A stretch of DNA of 64,000 bases from Candidatus Woesearchaeota archaeon (GCA_018653365.1 JABIAG010000001.1:448001-512000), one strand, 5' to 3'; counted from the first letter of the stretch, positions 10,208 through 19,468 are shown. The notes: generated by a model not told the origin, from the letters alone. Made by a program: numbers and translations.

Positions 10208-10834
10208 ATGAACGCTAAAAATTTTTATTCACCTTATTTGGCAGAAATTCTTGGATTGTTGTGTGCTGAAGGCCATCACGCAATAGCTTATTCAAGTTAT
10301 TGGAGTCTTGATCGCGGTAAACCTCGTTTTCGTAAAAACAAAAGGTCAGAAAGAATCGAGATTTATAGTAAAGATATAAAACTTTTAAACCATTTTGCGT
10401 TTCTTGTAAAAAAACAGTTTGGTTATTTTCCAAACATAACTAAAGATAATAAAATATGTATTGCTAGAAAACAGGTTATGCGTGAGATAATTTCGCAAAC
10501 AGAGCTTGGTGTATTAAATTGGACAGTTCCCGGTTTTGTTTTCACGAGTAATAAAAAAACAAAATATGCTTTTATTAGAGGTTATTTAGATGGGGATGGC
10601 ACGGTAATAAATAATGTTCGTTTTTTCTCTTGTAATAAACCAGGTTTATTAGCAGTTCAAATATTGTTATTTTCTGTGGGTTTTAAAACAACTTTACAGG
10701 GTCCCATCATTAAACCTAAAAGGAAACCTGCTTATGTTCTTCAATTAACCAGAAAACAAAAAGAAACCTTTTTAAAGATAATAAAACCGATTAGTAAATG
10801 TGCGGGTGCTGTGCATCCAGCTATGCGGGGGTAA
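10208..10834 (+). CDS. free-standing LAGLIDADG (intein DOD-type) homing endonuclease
   Basis: Two LAGLIDADG helices (LAEILGLLCAEG; FIRGYLDGDG) plus block-H-like LLAVQILLFSVGF; no intein splicing motifs; stop overlaps tRNA-Leu 5' end. Confidence 0.85.
   Translation: MNAKNFYSPYLAEILGLLCAEGHHAIAYSSYWSLDRGKPRFRKNKRSERIEIYSKDIKLLNHFAFLVKKQFGYFPNITKDNKICIARKQVMREIISQTELGVLNWTVPGFVFTSNKKTKYAFIRGYLDGDGTVINNVRFFSCNKPGLLAVQILLFSVGFKTTLQGPIIKPKRKPAYVLQLTRKQKETFLKIIKPISKCAGAVHPAMRG
10769..10776 (+). promoter_or_regulatory. probable TATA box of the tRNA-Leu transcript, inside the LAGLIDADG ORF
   Basis: AAAGAAACC-TTTTTAAA; same TTTTTAAA core as upstream of the other two tRNAs. Confidence 0.55.
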
Positions 10835-10953
10835 TTAAAATCTCTAGAGCAAAGTCTGGTTAAATGCGCAGGACTTAAGAATGCGACACTCAATACTGAG
10901 TTGAGATATCCTGTCGCTTAGTGCGTTCGTGAGTTCAAATCTCATCCCCCGCA
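10825..10953 (+). tRNA. tRNA-Leu(UAA) with two introns (8/9: 10833-10847; 37/38: 10880-10907)
   Basis: Acceptor GCGGGGG/CCCCCGC-A, anticodon arm CAGGA-CT-TAA-G..A-TCCTG, long variable arm, GTTCAAAT T-loop; removing both inserts gives a canonical archaeal tRNA-Leu. Confidence 0.92.
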
Positions 10954-10986
10954 TTTATTTATTTTTTTAATAAGAATCAAATAAAG

Positions 10987-11712
10987 TTATCTTCTGTTAA
11001 CTCTTCGCTTACATCGATCATACCGTAACCCAAAATATGTATTAAATTCGTTAGCAGGCAATAAACTAACTTGTTGCTGTTTATATCTAGCATTTGGATA
11101 AAACCTACTGACTAATTCCTTTTTGACCTCAACCCTACTTCTTCCCAGTGTTAATGTTGGACAAATTTGAAGTGCTTTACATGCATCTAAAAATACTCTT
11201 GCTTTTCTGAAAGAATCACAATCAGCATAACTCCAGGGCGTATCAAGACGAAATTTATTTCTTACGTCCCTTTCAGGCATAACCTCTCCTGCTTTGTAAA
11301 CTCTAAATCTAAGCATTGCAGGGAGAAATTCTGTTTCAACAACATTCATCTCTCTGGGTTTTAGGCCTGTTTTTAATTTTTGAAGGGCAGTTTTGAAGAC
11401 ATCATCTGTGTGATCTGTGAGTTCGGTGCGATATTCATAAGAGAATCCTTCAAATTCAATTGAAATTGTATGATACTGTTGCTTGACTGTTGAAATACGG
11501 ACAAGACCTGTTAATGGTTCAAGACCGATCTTTGATCTAACTATGTTGTCTAAGAAGTGGGGGAATTCCTGCTTGCGACGTTCGGCCAATTTTTTACTGG
11601 CTAAAATTTCAGCTTGGTATTTAGTAAAATATTCGCGATCAGCAGGACTCATAGCAGCAAGCCTGTCTTCTTCATAATCTTGCCATGCACTTTCAAGTTC
11701 CTCGGGAGTCAT
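10987..11712 (-). CDS. hypothetical protein
   Basis: 241-aa ORF; no motif recognised. Confidence 0.65.
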   Translation of the reverse strand: MTPEELESAWQDYEEDRLAAMSPADREYFTKYQAEILASKKLAERRKQEFPHFLDNIVRSKIGLEPLTGLVRISTVKQQYHTISIEFEGFSYEYRTELTDHTDDVFKTALQKLKTGLKPREMNVVETEFLPAMLRFRVYKAGEVMPERDVRNKFRLDTPWSYADCDSFRKARVFLDACKALQICPTLTLGRSRVEVKKELVSRFYPNARYKQQQVSLLPANEFNTYFGLRYDRCKRRVNRR

Positions 11713-11746
11713 TTAATTATTGAGTAATACGTTTTGGTTTAAAAAA

Positions 11747-13375
11747 CTAATCTTCAAACCCAAACAATGCCGCACCTAATGCACCCACTAATTCGGGATG
11801 TTTAGGTATGAAAAACTTAGCATTAAACCGCTTGGATAATTCTTTAGTTACTCCAATATTTCTGGCAACTCCCCCAGTCATCATAAACTCTTTCTCTGGA
11901 TTAACTCTGCCTGCTAACGAAACAATTCGTGAAGATATGGCCTTACACAAACCTTGAATAATATCTTCCTTGTTCTTGTTTTGAGCAATTAGTGAGATTA
12001 CTTCAGATTCAGCAAAAACACTACACATACTGCTAATCGTAATATCCTCTTTTGATTTCAGAGCAAGTTTACCAAAATCATCAATGGGTGTTTCTAAAGT
12101 TTTAGCGGATACCTCTAAAAACCTACCTGTACCCGCGGCACACTTATCATTCATAGCAAAATTAACAACCTTGCCTGTTTCATCAATATGGATAGCTTTA
12201 CTATCTTGACCACCAACATCAATAATAGTTCGAATTTTTTTATTAAGAAAATTAGCACCCTTAGCATGACAGCTAATTTCAGTAACTTTCTTGTCAGCAA
12301 ATTCAATAGCGTCCCTACCATAACCCGTAGCAACAATTGTGCTAATGCTTTCTTTAGTTAGGTTAGCTTTCTTTAAAACCTCAGTAAGGGCTAGATTAGC
12401 ACTATCTCTACTTTTAGCACCAGTTTTAACACTGACTGAAGAGACTAACTTTTTGTTCTTATCTAAAATAACAATGTTGGTTGAAGTAGAACCTGAATCA
12501 ATTCCTAATGTAAATTCTTTTTCTTTAGTTATCATTTTAGTCTCTCCATTTAATGATTCCATGAATGCATGGAGTCGAGTTTTTAATTGTCCCTCGCTTT
12601 TTTCAGTATAATCCGTCTCAATCTTTAAAATAGGTTTTTTAATATTTTTTATCTTCATATATTCAAAATTATAAAAATCACAAAACTTAACCGTGTGATA
12701 AATTACGCCATCAATTAATTCTTGGTTCTTTTCTAGGGACTCATATCTCTTGCTAACATCGGCCATCCTTAAACAAGGAAACGAATTAAACAATTGAGCA
12801 ACATACCATTCAAACACTTTAGTTTTTGGAGGATTACTAAACTCAGAATGGTCTCCAGTACAGGTAAAGTTAAACATGACATTACACTCTTTTTCAATCA
12901 TCTTAATTAAAGAATCATTAGCTCTAGCACCTAACAAGGCTATATTGATCTTGCCTTTTGTGATCGTTTTTGTTTCTTTCTTGTTTAATATTCTGGCTAG
13001 TTCATTAACACTAAACCGTTTTTTAGAATATTTTTCATAAGCTTTAATGAACTTTAAGATTTCATCTTTGAACAGATCTACAGAACATTGATTATGTTTG
13101 TTAGGGAGGTCAATTAAATGAATAAACTTAAGTTTATCTTTTAAGATATCATACAATCTTCTAATACTATCACAACAATTAACTAATACTAATTCTTTAA
13201 CCTTGTTAGCAAGGCAGTATTCCAAAACTGCTTTGGCATAAAAACAAACATTGGTGTGCATTAATGCATCTGCATTATCAAAAGCAGAAACAGAGGGATC
13301 TAGTTTAATGGCTTTAGTTCTAAACGATTCAATGATTTCAACAGGGGTGTACTTACAAATATAATAAAGGGTCAT
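11747..13375 (-). CDS. 2-hydroxyacyl-CoA dehydratase subunit fused to ASKHA-type activator (HgdC/BadF-like)
   Basis: N-terminal HgdB-like part (NCCDSIRR, KFCD, QLKTRLHAFME); C-terminal GIDSGSTS, TGYGR, DVGGQD, MNDKCAAGTGRFLE, CSVFAESE. Confidence 0.9.
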   Translation of the reverse strand: MTLYYICKYTPVEIIESFRTKAIKLDPSVSAFDNADALMHTNVCFYAKAVLEYCLANKVKELVLVNCCDSIRRLYDILKDKLKFIHLIDLPNKHNQCSVDLFKDEILKFIKAYEKYSKKRFSVNELARILNKKETKTITKGKINIALLGARANDSLIKMIEKECNVMFNFTCTGDHSEFSNPPKTKVFEWYVAQLFNSFPCLRMADVSKRYESLEKNQELIDGVIYHTVKFCDFYNFEYMKIKNIKKPILKIETDYTEKSEGQLKTRLHAFMESLNGETKMITKEKEFTLGIDSGSTSTNIVILDKNKKLVSSVSVKTGAKSRDSANLALTEVLKKANLTKESISTIVATGYGRDAIEFADKKVTEISCHAKGANFLNKKIRTIIDVGGQDSKAIHIDETGKVVNFAMNDKCAAGTGRFLEVSAKTLETPIDDFGKLALKSKEDITISSMCSVFAESEVISLIAQNKNKEDIIQGLCKAISSRIVSLAGRVNPEKEFMMTGGVARNIGVTKELSKRFNAKFFIPKHPELVGALGAALFGFED

Positions 13376-14622
13376 TTTAACATCTCCAAAAACGCTTCTA
13401 CTCGAGTTTTTAGTTGGTGAGATTGGGTGTTTCTTCTATCCGCACCATCACCATCAATTGATAAAAATTTAATGTTATTTTTTTCTAGGGAATCTCTAAG
13501 TAAGCTAATTCCCCCCATGGATTGTTTACAACCCCAATGACAAAAATTAATTAGGGCATCAGCATTAAGATATTTAGACAGGGTAGTAATAGTTTTAACT
13601 CTGCGTTCATAATCTCCATTAAACATATTTAAAAGCATTTTTTTAGCTAATGAATTTAAGGGGTTTTCAACATCTAATTCATCTAAATAATCATAAGTAA
13701 AATCATCAACTAATAATTGGTGTTCTTCATTTAAGTTGAAAAATTCTTTGAGATCTTTTTGATAATAAGGAAGAACATGACTCCACATAATCCTTTTACC
13801 TGTAGACTCAGGAAAAGATTTAATGTCTTCAGCCATCATTTTGTAAAACTTTAAGGTTTCTTTTTTACCAATAAACGCGTGAGAAATCATAAATTTAAAC
13901 ATTTCTGCAGTAAGTGTATTTGGAAAGTATTTAGTTTTAAGCTCTTTCAAAAATAATTTAAAATATTTTTTAGACTCATTTTCTATTTGAAGAACATCTT
14001 TTAATTTAGATAAGTCTAATTTTTTATTTGTACTTTTCTCAAGTAAAGCTATGAACTCTTTAAGTTGACTAACAACATATTCTTCATTCTTTCTTGAATA
14101 TTCATGAGGTAAATCAAACACATATAATGGAAGGTTATATTTTTCTGCAGTATGTCTAAAACTACTAATGTTAGCATCACAAATCGCAGAGGTTGTTGCC
14201 GCCAATAATGGTTTGGGTAAAATTTCTTTTTCTATTGCACCTAAAAACGCTTTATGATAACTACATAATGTTTCAGAAACTCCTGTTTTTTCAGCATGAT
14301 CAATGTAATGATCTTCAATTTGAAATCCTCCCAAAAAAGAAGAAAATCCCTCAACAAATAAGGGATGCAAGTCTAGAGCATGTAATATTTCAACAGGAGC
14401 TAATAAATTAACAAAAACGGTTCGAGAGGGATCACTTAAAGATTTCAAAATAAATTTAGTTCCAATATATTGTAAGTACTGTAATGACTTAGGAATTTTT
14501 TTATCAGGAAACTTCTTTAGCTTAAAACATTGAAGCTTTAATCCTGTTTTAATCATACTCAAAACCTTTTCTGGGTTTTGCTTCTTTTTAATGCTATTAG
14601 CATATGATTTTGCGAGGTCCAT
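13372..14622 (-). CDS. 2-hydroxyacyl-CoA dehydratase family subunit (HgdA/B)
   Basis: LCSYHK, ICDAN, CHWGCK, QLKTRVEAFLE; 4-nt overlap with downstream gene. Confidence 0.88.
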   Translation of the reverse strand: MDLAKSYANSIKKKQNPEKVLSMIKTGLKLQCFKLKKFPDKKIPKSLQYLQYIGTKFILKSLSDPSRTVFVNLLAPVEILHALDLHPLFVEGFSSFLGGFQIEDHYIDHAEKTGVSETLCSYHKAFLGAIEKEILPKPLLAATTSAICDANISSFRHTAEKYNLPLYVFDLPHEYSRKNEEYVVSQLKEFIALLEKSTNKKLDLSKLKDVLQIENESKKYFKLFLKELKTKYFPNTLTAEMFKFMISHAFIGKKETLKFYKMMAEDIKSFPESTGKRIMWSHVLPYYQKDLKEFFNLNEEHQLLVDDFTYDYLDELDVENPLNSLAKKMLLNMFNGDYERRVKTITTLSKYLNADALINFCHWGCKQSMGGISLLRDSLEKNNIKFLSIDGDGADRRNTQSHQLKTRVEAFLEMLK

Positions 14623-14708
14623 AAACCCTGGGTGAATTAATCAATTATAAAGATATCGATATTATTGATATTAATAGTTTTATAAGCCGATTTAAGTTCT
14701 AGGTGAGC

Positions 14709-15026
14709 ATGGGCAGAAATACAGAATCTTGGGAAGTAGCAGCATTAAAACCTCGACCAATGAAAGGAAAAGATTTTAGACCTGCAAAACTTGAAGAACT
14801 AAAAGAAATGTTGGGAGCTTGTAATTTTGAATTAGATTGGCAAACTGGAATAGATCATTTAGTTGCTCGTGTTTGGCATGTAAGACAGATGAACCTAGTA
14901 AAACCGCAACACGTATGGTTTTTTTACAACAGACCCACAAATAAAATGCACATGTACATTATAAACAATTCCGCAGTTGGTAGAGATCAGGTTTATACCT
15001 CTCCTGATCTAGAATCTAGTGCATAA
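14709..15026 (+). CDS. hypothetical protein
   Basis: AGGTGA RBS before ATG 14709. Confidence 0.6.
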   Translation: MGRNTESWEVAALKPRPMKGKDFRPAKLEELKEMLGACNFELDWQTGIDHLVARVWHVRQMNLVKPQHVWFFYNRPTNKMHMYIINNSAVGRDQVYTSPDLESSA

Positions 15027-15058
15027 ACGTTATAAAATAAAATGAATTCTTCTTAAAT

Positions 15059-15376
15059 ATGGCAGACGATCAAGACTGGGATGTTGTGCGTGAAAGACTA
15101 GCTGAACAAATAGAACGGAATGAAAACCCTGATTCTGAATTGGAAGACATGTTTAAACCACCCGTAGAAACAAGAGAACAAGTTTACGCTCTTATTTGCA
15201 GAATAAACGAAGAAATGCAAAGATTTGGCCCTAAAAGAAGATTGAAAGAATTAGAAAAACAACACGGGCCTTTTTCACAAGAACATGTTCTTCCTGACGT
15301 AAAATATGTCGTCCACAAACCTAGTGCTAGATTGTTAATGTTTGCAAATGGGAGTTTGTATACTGGAAGACGGTAG
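15059..15376 (+). CDS. hypothetical protein
   Basis: 105-aa ORF with TTATAAAA box upstream. Confidence 0.6.
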   Translation: MADDQDWDVVRERLAEQIERNENPDSELEDMFKPPVETREQVYALICRINEEMQRFGPKRRLKELEKQHGPFSQEHVLPDVKYVVHKPSARLLMFANGSLYTGRR

Positions 15377-15389
15377 AAAAGTTTTTAAA
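15376..15389 (+). promoter_or_regulatory. BRE-TATA promoter of tRNA-Thr
   Basis: GAAAAGTTTTTAAA, identical to the 14-mer upstream of tRNA-Val; ends 26 nt before tRNA G1. Confidence 0.7.
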
Positions 15390-15414
15390 TGTAACATAAG
15401 TTCTTTTTTCTTAT

Positions 15415-15486
15415 GCCTCCGTGGCTTAGTGGTATAGCGTTGCATTGGTAATGCAGAGGTCCCGAGTTCAAGTCTCGGCGGAGGCC
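15415..15486 (+). tRNA. tRNA-Thr(GGU)
   Basis: GCCTCCG/CGGAGGC acceptor, TTGCA-TT-GGT-AA-TGCAG anticodon arm, GTTCAAGT T-loop; no intron. Confidence 0.95.
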
Positions 15487-15573
15487 TATTTATTCTTTTA
15501 ATTAGAAGCTCGTTGATGATCTAAAACTCTTTGTTCGATAACCTTTTTAAATATTCATTAGTTAGTGGGCTTA

Positions 15574-16806
15574 ATGAGATATGGGCTTGATTTTGGAACT
15601 TCAAATTCATCAATGTCGTTTAATGATGGGGAAGAAGTAGTTATGATTCCTTTAGAATCTTCAGGCGAAAGATTAACCCTTCCAAGTGCATGGTTTTTTG
15701 ATGATGAACAGAAAATTTGTCATATTGGCAGGTCTGCAATTCGAAAACTTGGATCTGGAACTCGTGGCAGATATATGCAGTCAATTAAACGATTTATTGG
15801 AGATAAATCTATTGAAGGTACTAATGTAAATGGAAAATTTATGACGTTTAAAGATATTATTGGTGCACTTATTTCTGATGTTAAACATACTGCGGATCAA
15901 TTTGTTGGACAAGATGTGAGATCAGTAAGAATTGGTATGCCCTTCAAATTTTCTTCTTCTGGTTCAAATGAATTGGCTCTGGAAAGGATTGCAGGAGCTG
16001 CACATGACGCAGGTTTTGAAGAAGTTGATTTCATGTTAGAACCTTTGGCAGCAACATATGCATTAAAGAGTTCAGTTACTTCAAGATCAAAAGTTTTAAC
16101 TTTGGATATTGGTGGTGGGACTACTGATCTGTCAGTAGTTGAATTGTACCCTGAAGGCCAGAACGAAGATAGAGTCTTATATTCTTCCGGAGTGGTTGTG
16201 GGGGGAGATGACTTTACAAGTGAAATAATGCGTAATAAGTTATTGCACTATTTTGGTTATGGTTCTATGATTAAAACAGGGCCTGAAACTTTAATCCCTT
16301 TTCCTTCAAATTTGATTACTGGAATCACTCATTGGTATAGTGCTTTAAGATTGGCAAGAGATAAAACTTTTAGGAACTCTTTGAGCTCAGTTAAACATAT
16401 GGCTGTTGATAAAGAAAAAATCGAAGCCTTGGAGGCGATAATTTATGGTAAGCAGGGGGTAAAACTATTTGAAGCAGTAGAAATTGCAAAAAAAGAATTA
16501 TCTGATGACCCTGATACTGCAATATTATTTTCTTTTGAACAAGTAGATATTTATGAAATTTTACGTAGAACTGAATTTGAACAATTTATTTCACCACACG
16601 TTGATAAAATAAATGACGCAATCCTTGATGTTAAGAGACAAACAGGCATTGATGATGTTGATTATGTGATGTTGGTTGGTGGATCTTCTCAAATTCCTCT
16701 TTTTAGACGAGTACTAAATTCTCATTTTTCTTCTGCGGAGTTGGTTGAAAATAATCAAGTTACTTCAGTTGCATATGGTTTAAGTCATGCAGAATATCAA
16801 GTTTAA
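15574..16806 (+). CDS. Hsp70-family ATPase (YegD-like, no substrate-binding domain)
   Basis: GLDFGTSNS, EPLAA, DIGGGTTD, VGGSSQIP; about 410 aa. Confidence 0.88.
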   Translation: MRYGLDFGTSNSSMSFNDGEEVVMIPLESSGERLTLPSAWFFDDEQKICHIGRSAIRKLGSGTRGRYMQSIKRFIGDKSIEGTNVNGKFMTFKDIIGALISDVKHTADQFVGQDVRSVRIGMPFKFSSSGSNELALERIAGAAHDAGFEEVDFMLEPLAATYALKSSVTSRSKVLTLDIGGGTTDLSVVELYPEGQNEDRVLYSSGVVVGGDDFTSEIMRNKLLHYFGYGSMIKTGPETLIPFPSNLITGITHWYSALRLARDKTFRNSLSSVKHMAVDKEKIEALEAIIYGKQGVKLFEAVEIAKKELSDDPDTAILFSFEQVDIYEILRRTEFEQFISPHVDKINDAILDVKRQTGIDDVDYVMLVGGSSQIPLFRRVLNSHFSSAELVENNQVTSVAYGLSHAEYQV

Positions 16807-16825
16807 TGTGAGAACTTGTTTGTTT

Positions 16826-17434
16826 TTAATTGTATTGTTGGCCTGTTCTAGAGCTTAAATGCGATAAACATAATTGTAATACGTCTTCTTTTCCTAAATA
16901 TGAGGTATCTATTAAAACGGGATTAAATGGTTCTGCCATACGTAACAAATTTGATTCTAATGCTGAATCCTCAAGTGTTTTTAAGTCTACCCTTGAAGTA
17001 TCTGTTTTAGTTTCTAGTCTTGCTCTCTTAACCTCAGACGATGCTTGAAGAAGAAACATAAGGTCTGGGATTACTATTTTATGTTTACCCATTTCTCTCA
17101 TAAATGCTTGATAACCTTGGTTAGATCGATATGTTCTTGTGTAAGCCACTTTTGAAGGAGCATATCTATCAAAAACTATAACTTTGCCTGCCTCTGCTTC
17201 CATAGAATGTCTTATTGTATAAACTAAATCATCCAAAAAAAGTAAGTCTTCATCTAATGAACTTACCTTGCCCATTTGGGCAATAATTTGAGCTCTATTA
17301 GCTACGGAAGGGATTAATTTAACATAAGTACTTGCAATACCGTTGCTTTGTAATCTGCTTACAATTCCTTTTGCAAGGACTGTTTTTCCAGTACAAGTAT
17401 TACCTTCTATGCCAATTGTGATAGTTTCATTCAT
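16826..17434 (-). CDS. thymidylate kinase-like P-loop kinase
   Basis: IEGNTCTGKT P-loop, DRY.PS..AY motif, PDL.FLL. Confidence 0.78.
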   Translation of the reverse strand: MNETITIGIEGNTCTGKTVLAKGIVSRLQSNGIASTYVKLIPSVANRAQIIAQMGKVSSLDEDLLFLDDLVYTIRHSMEAEAGKVIVFDRYAPSKVAYTRTYRSNQGYQAFMREMGKHKIVIPDLMFLLQASSEVKRARLETKTDTSRVDLKTLEDSALESNLLRMAEPFNPVLIDTSYLGKEDVLQLCLSHLSSRTGQQYN

Positions 17435-17492
17435 GGGGAAATTAAGAATCGAACTTGTTTATATAAATCTTCTTAAATAACTTAGAAATTTG

Positions 17493-17906
17493 TTAACATA
17501 AAGACTTTTTTATGTCTAGTGCTGCAGTTATTTCCTTCTTTAACCATTCGGGAAAGTCTTCTTTTAAAATTTGTTCAGGATCTATCCACTTAAATTCAGT
17601 GTGTTCTTCACTCAATGTTTCAATTCCACTTAAAAATTTACAATAGAAAGTAACACCCACCAATTGAAACTCTTTTTCTTTTTTAATTAATGTCCAACAA
17701 TGTGATGGTTTAATAATTTCTATTTCAATGCCAGTTTCTTCTTTGACTTCTCGTCTTAAAGCATCTTCGGGCGTTTCACCAAACTCCAATCTCCCACCTG
17801 GGATGTCAACAGTGTTAGGATTGATATCTTCTTTATCACTTTTAGTAATTAAAAGAACTTTTTCTTCTTTAAAAATTATAGCTTTTGTTGCAAATCCGAT
17901 TTCCAT
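17493..17906 (-). CDS. NUDIX hydrolase
   Basis: PGGRLEFGETPEDALRREVKEETG Nudix box. Confidence 0.95.
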   Translation of the reverse strand: MEIGFATKAIIFKEEKVLLITKSDKEDINPNTVDIPGGRLEFGETPEDALRREVKEETGIEIEIIKPSHCWTLIKKEKEFQLVGVTFYCKFLSGIETLSEEHTEFKWIDPEQILKEDFPEWLKKEITAALDIKKSLC

Positions 17907-17911
17907 TTTTA

Positions 17912-19468
17912 TTATTTCGTTTTTTTAGATGGTCTTAGATTAATAAAAGACCAAGGAAGTTTTCCTCTTATTTTAGTAAAGTATTTGTCGGTGTTTATTA
18001 AGTTTTCGATGTCTTTTCTTTTTGGATTAATTCCCAGAGCTGAATAAATCTTCTCTAAAAGCATTCCTTCTTTTTCAGACCCTCGTACAAGTATTGCTTC
18101 TAATAAAAGAAGTGTTTCATCCATATAATCAATTTTTATTTTTTTGAGAGCGCTTTTTATTTTATTTATATGTATTAAGTACTTGTCGACTTTTAATTGA
18201 GCATCACGTTCAAAATCAGTGTGGGGCTTTTTAATGTGACAGTTTATTGTAAGTTCAATCGTGGTTTTTTCTGAATTATTTGAATCCAAGATCTCTCGAG
18301 TTTTCTTTACCATTTTAATAATTTCTTGTCGATCTTTAGATGTTTCATTGGAAAATCCAATTATGAAAAAAAACTGAATAGTCTTATATTTATTTTTTGC
18401 TGCTAACCGTACACAATCATAAATTTGTTTATTTGTTATTTGTTTATTAATTTTATTTCGTAGATTTGCAGATGCAGTTTCTGGAGCGATGGTAAGCTTA
18501 TCGTTTTTAACGAACTTTAGTATGTCTTTCTTTTGAATTAAACGATCGGCCCTTTGTGATCCACTTTTAATAGAAAAGCCTAATTCTTTTAACTTTTCGT
18601 ATATTTTTTTGGCATTTGGATGATCACAAGATGATGGCGAAATTAACCTAATGTTTTTGCAAAATGAGATTTGTTTTTTAGCAATCTTTAGAATTTTATT
18701 TATTGAGCGCATTCTTGCTTCTTTGAAACTATGGCTTAAAATACAAAATTTGCAGTTATGTTGACATCCCCGTTGAATTTCAAGAAATAACGTATTTGGA
18801 AACTTTGAAAAAGGAGTGGTTATGTGTGAGGTTAAGTTAGTATTTAAGCTTGCAGTTTGTGCTTTTTTTACTTTGGTGTTGTATCCTGGTACGTAAACTC
18901 CTTGGACGGAACTAATCTTTTTTAGAAAATCGTGCTTTTTTAATTTGTTTTTATATGCTTTTAATATTTTTGGCAAAACGTCTTCAGCTTCTCCAATTAC
19001 AAATGCGTCAAAAATGTTTTTTAATGGTTCTGGGTTGTAGGTAGGACAAATCCCTCCTGCGATTAATATTGGAAAGCCACGTTTAGCTTTGTTTAGTTGA
19101 ATGCCAGATAAGTTAAGTAAATCTAATAACTTTAAATAATTGCCTTCATAGTTAAGACTGAAAAGAAGAAGTTCCATTTTATTTATTGGACTATTTGTTT
19201 CTTGTGTGAGAACAGGTATTTTACTTCTTTTGTGTAAATCTATCAAATCAGGATAATAAAACCGTTGACAAAAAAAGTCTTCATATTCATTAATCTTAAA
19301 GTAAATATATTGAAATCCAATTGTGTGTATGGCATATTTATATTCTGATGCAAATCCGAGTCCTATTTTAAATTGTGCTTTTGTTTTGTTTTTAAGATTT
19401 AGTGTGTTGCCCTTTTCTACTTGTAATAATTTCTTATTGTATTCTTTTATCTTAATTAAATCCGTCAT
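17912..19468 (-). CDS. radical SAM protein with N-terminal B12-binding-like domain (TIGR03960-like)
   Basis: GGICPTYNPEP, IGEAE, RGCQHNCKFC, APET, KKPHTDFE. Confidence 0.82.
   Translation of the reverse strand: MTDLIKIKEYNKKLLQVEKGNTLNLKNKTKAQFKIGLGFASEYKYAIHTIGFQYIYFKINEYEDFFCQRFYYPDLIDLHKRSKIPVLTQETNSPINKMELLLFSLNYEGNYLKLLDLLNLSGIQLNKAKRGFPILIAGGICPTYNPEPLKNIFDAFVIGEAEDVLPKILKAYKNKLKKHDFLKKISSVQGVYVPGYNTKVKKAQTASLNTNLTSHITTPFSKFPNTLFLEIQRGCQHNCKFCILSHSFKEARMRSINKILKIAKKQISFCKNIRLISPSSCDHPNAKKIYEKLKELGFSIKSGSQRADRLIQKKDILKFVKNDKLTIAPETASANLRNKINKQITNKQIYDCVRLAAKNKYKTIQFFFIIGFSNETSKDRQEIIKMVKKTREILDSNNSEKTTIELTINCHIKKPHTDFERDAQLKVDKYLIHINKIKSALKKIKIDYMDETLLLLEAILVRGSEKEGMLLEKIYSALGINPKRKDIENLINTDKYFTKIRGKLPWSFINLRPSKKTK

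Noticed and set aside
10208-10834. LAGLIDADG ORF as part of an intein or as intron-encoded
   Set aside because: No N-terminal Cys/Ser block, no terminal HN, no host extein, and no upstream exon was found.
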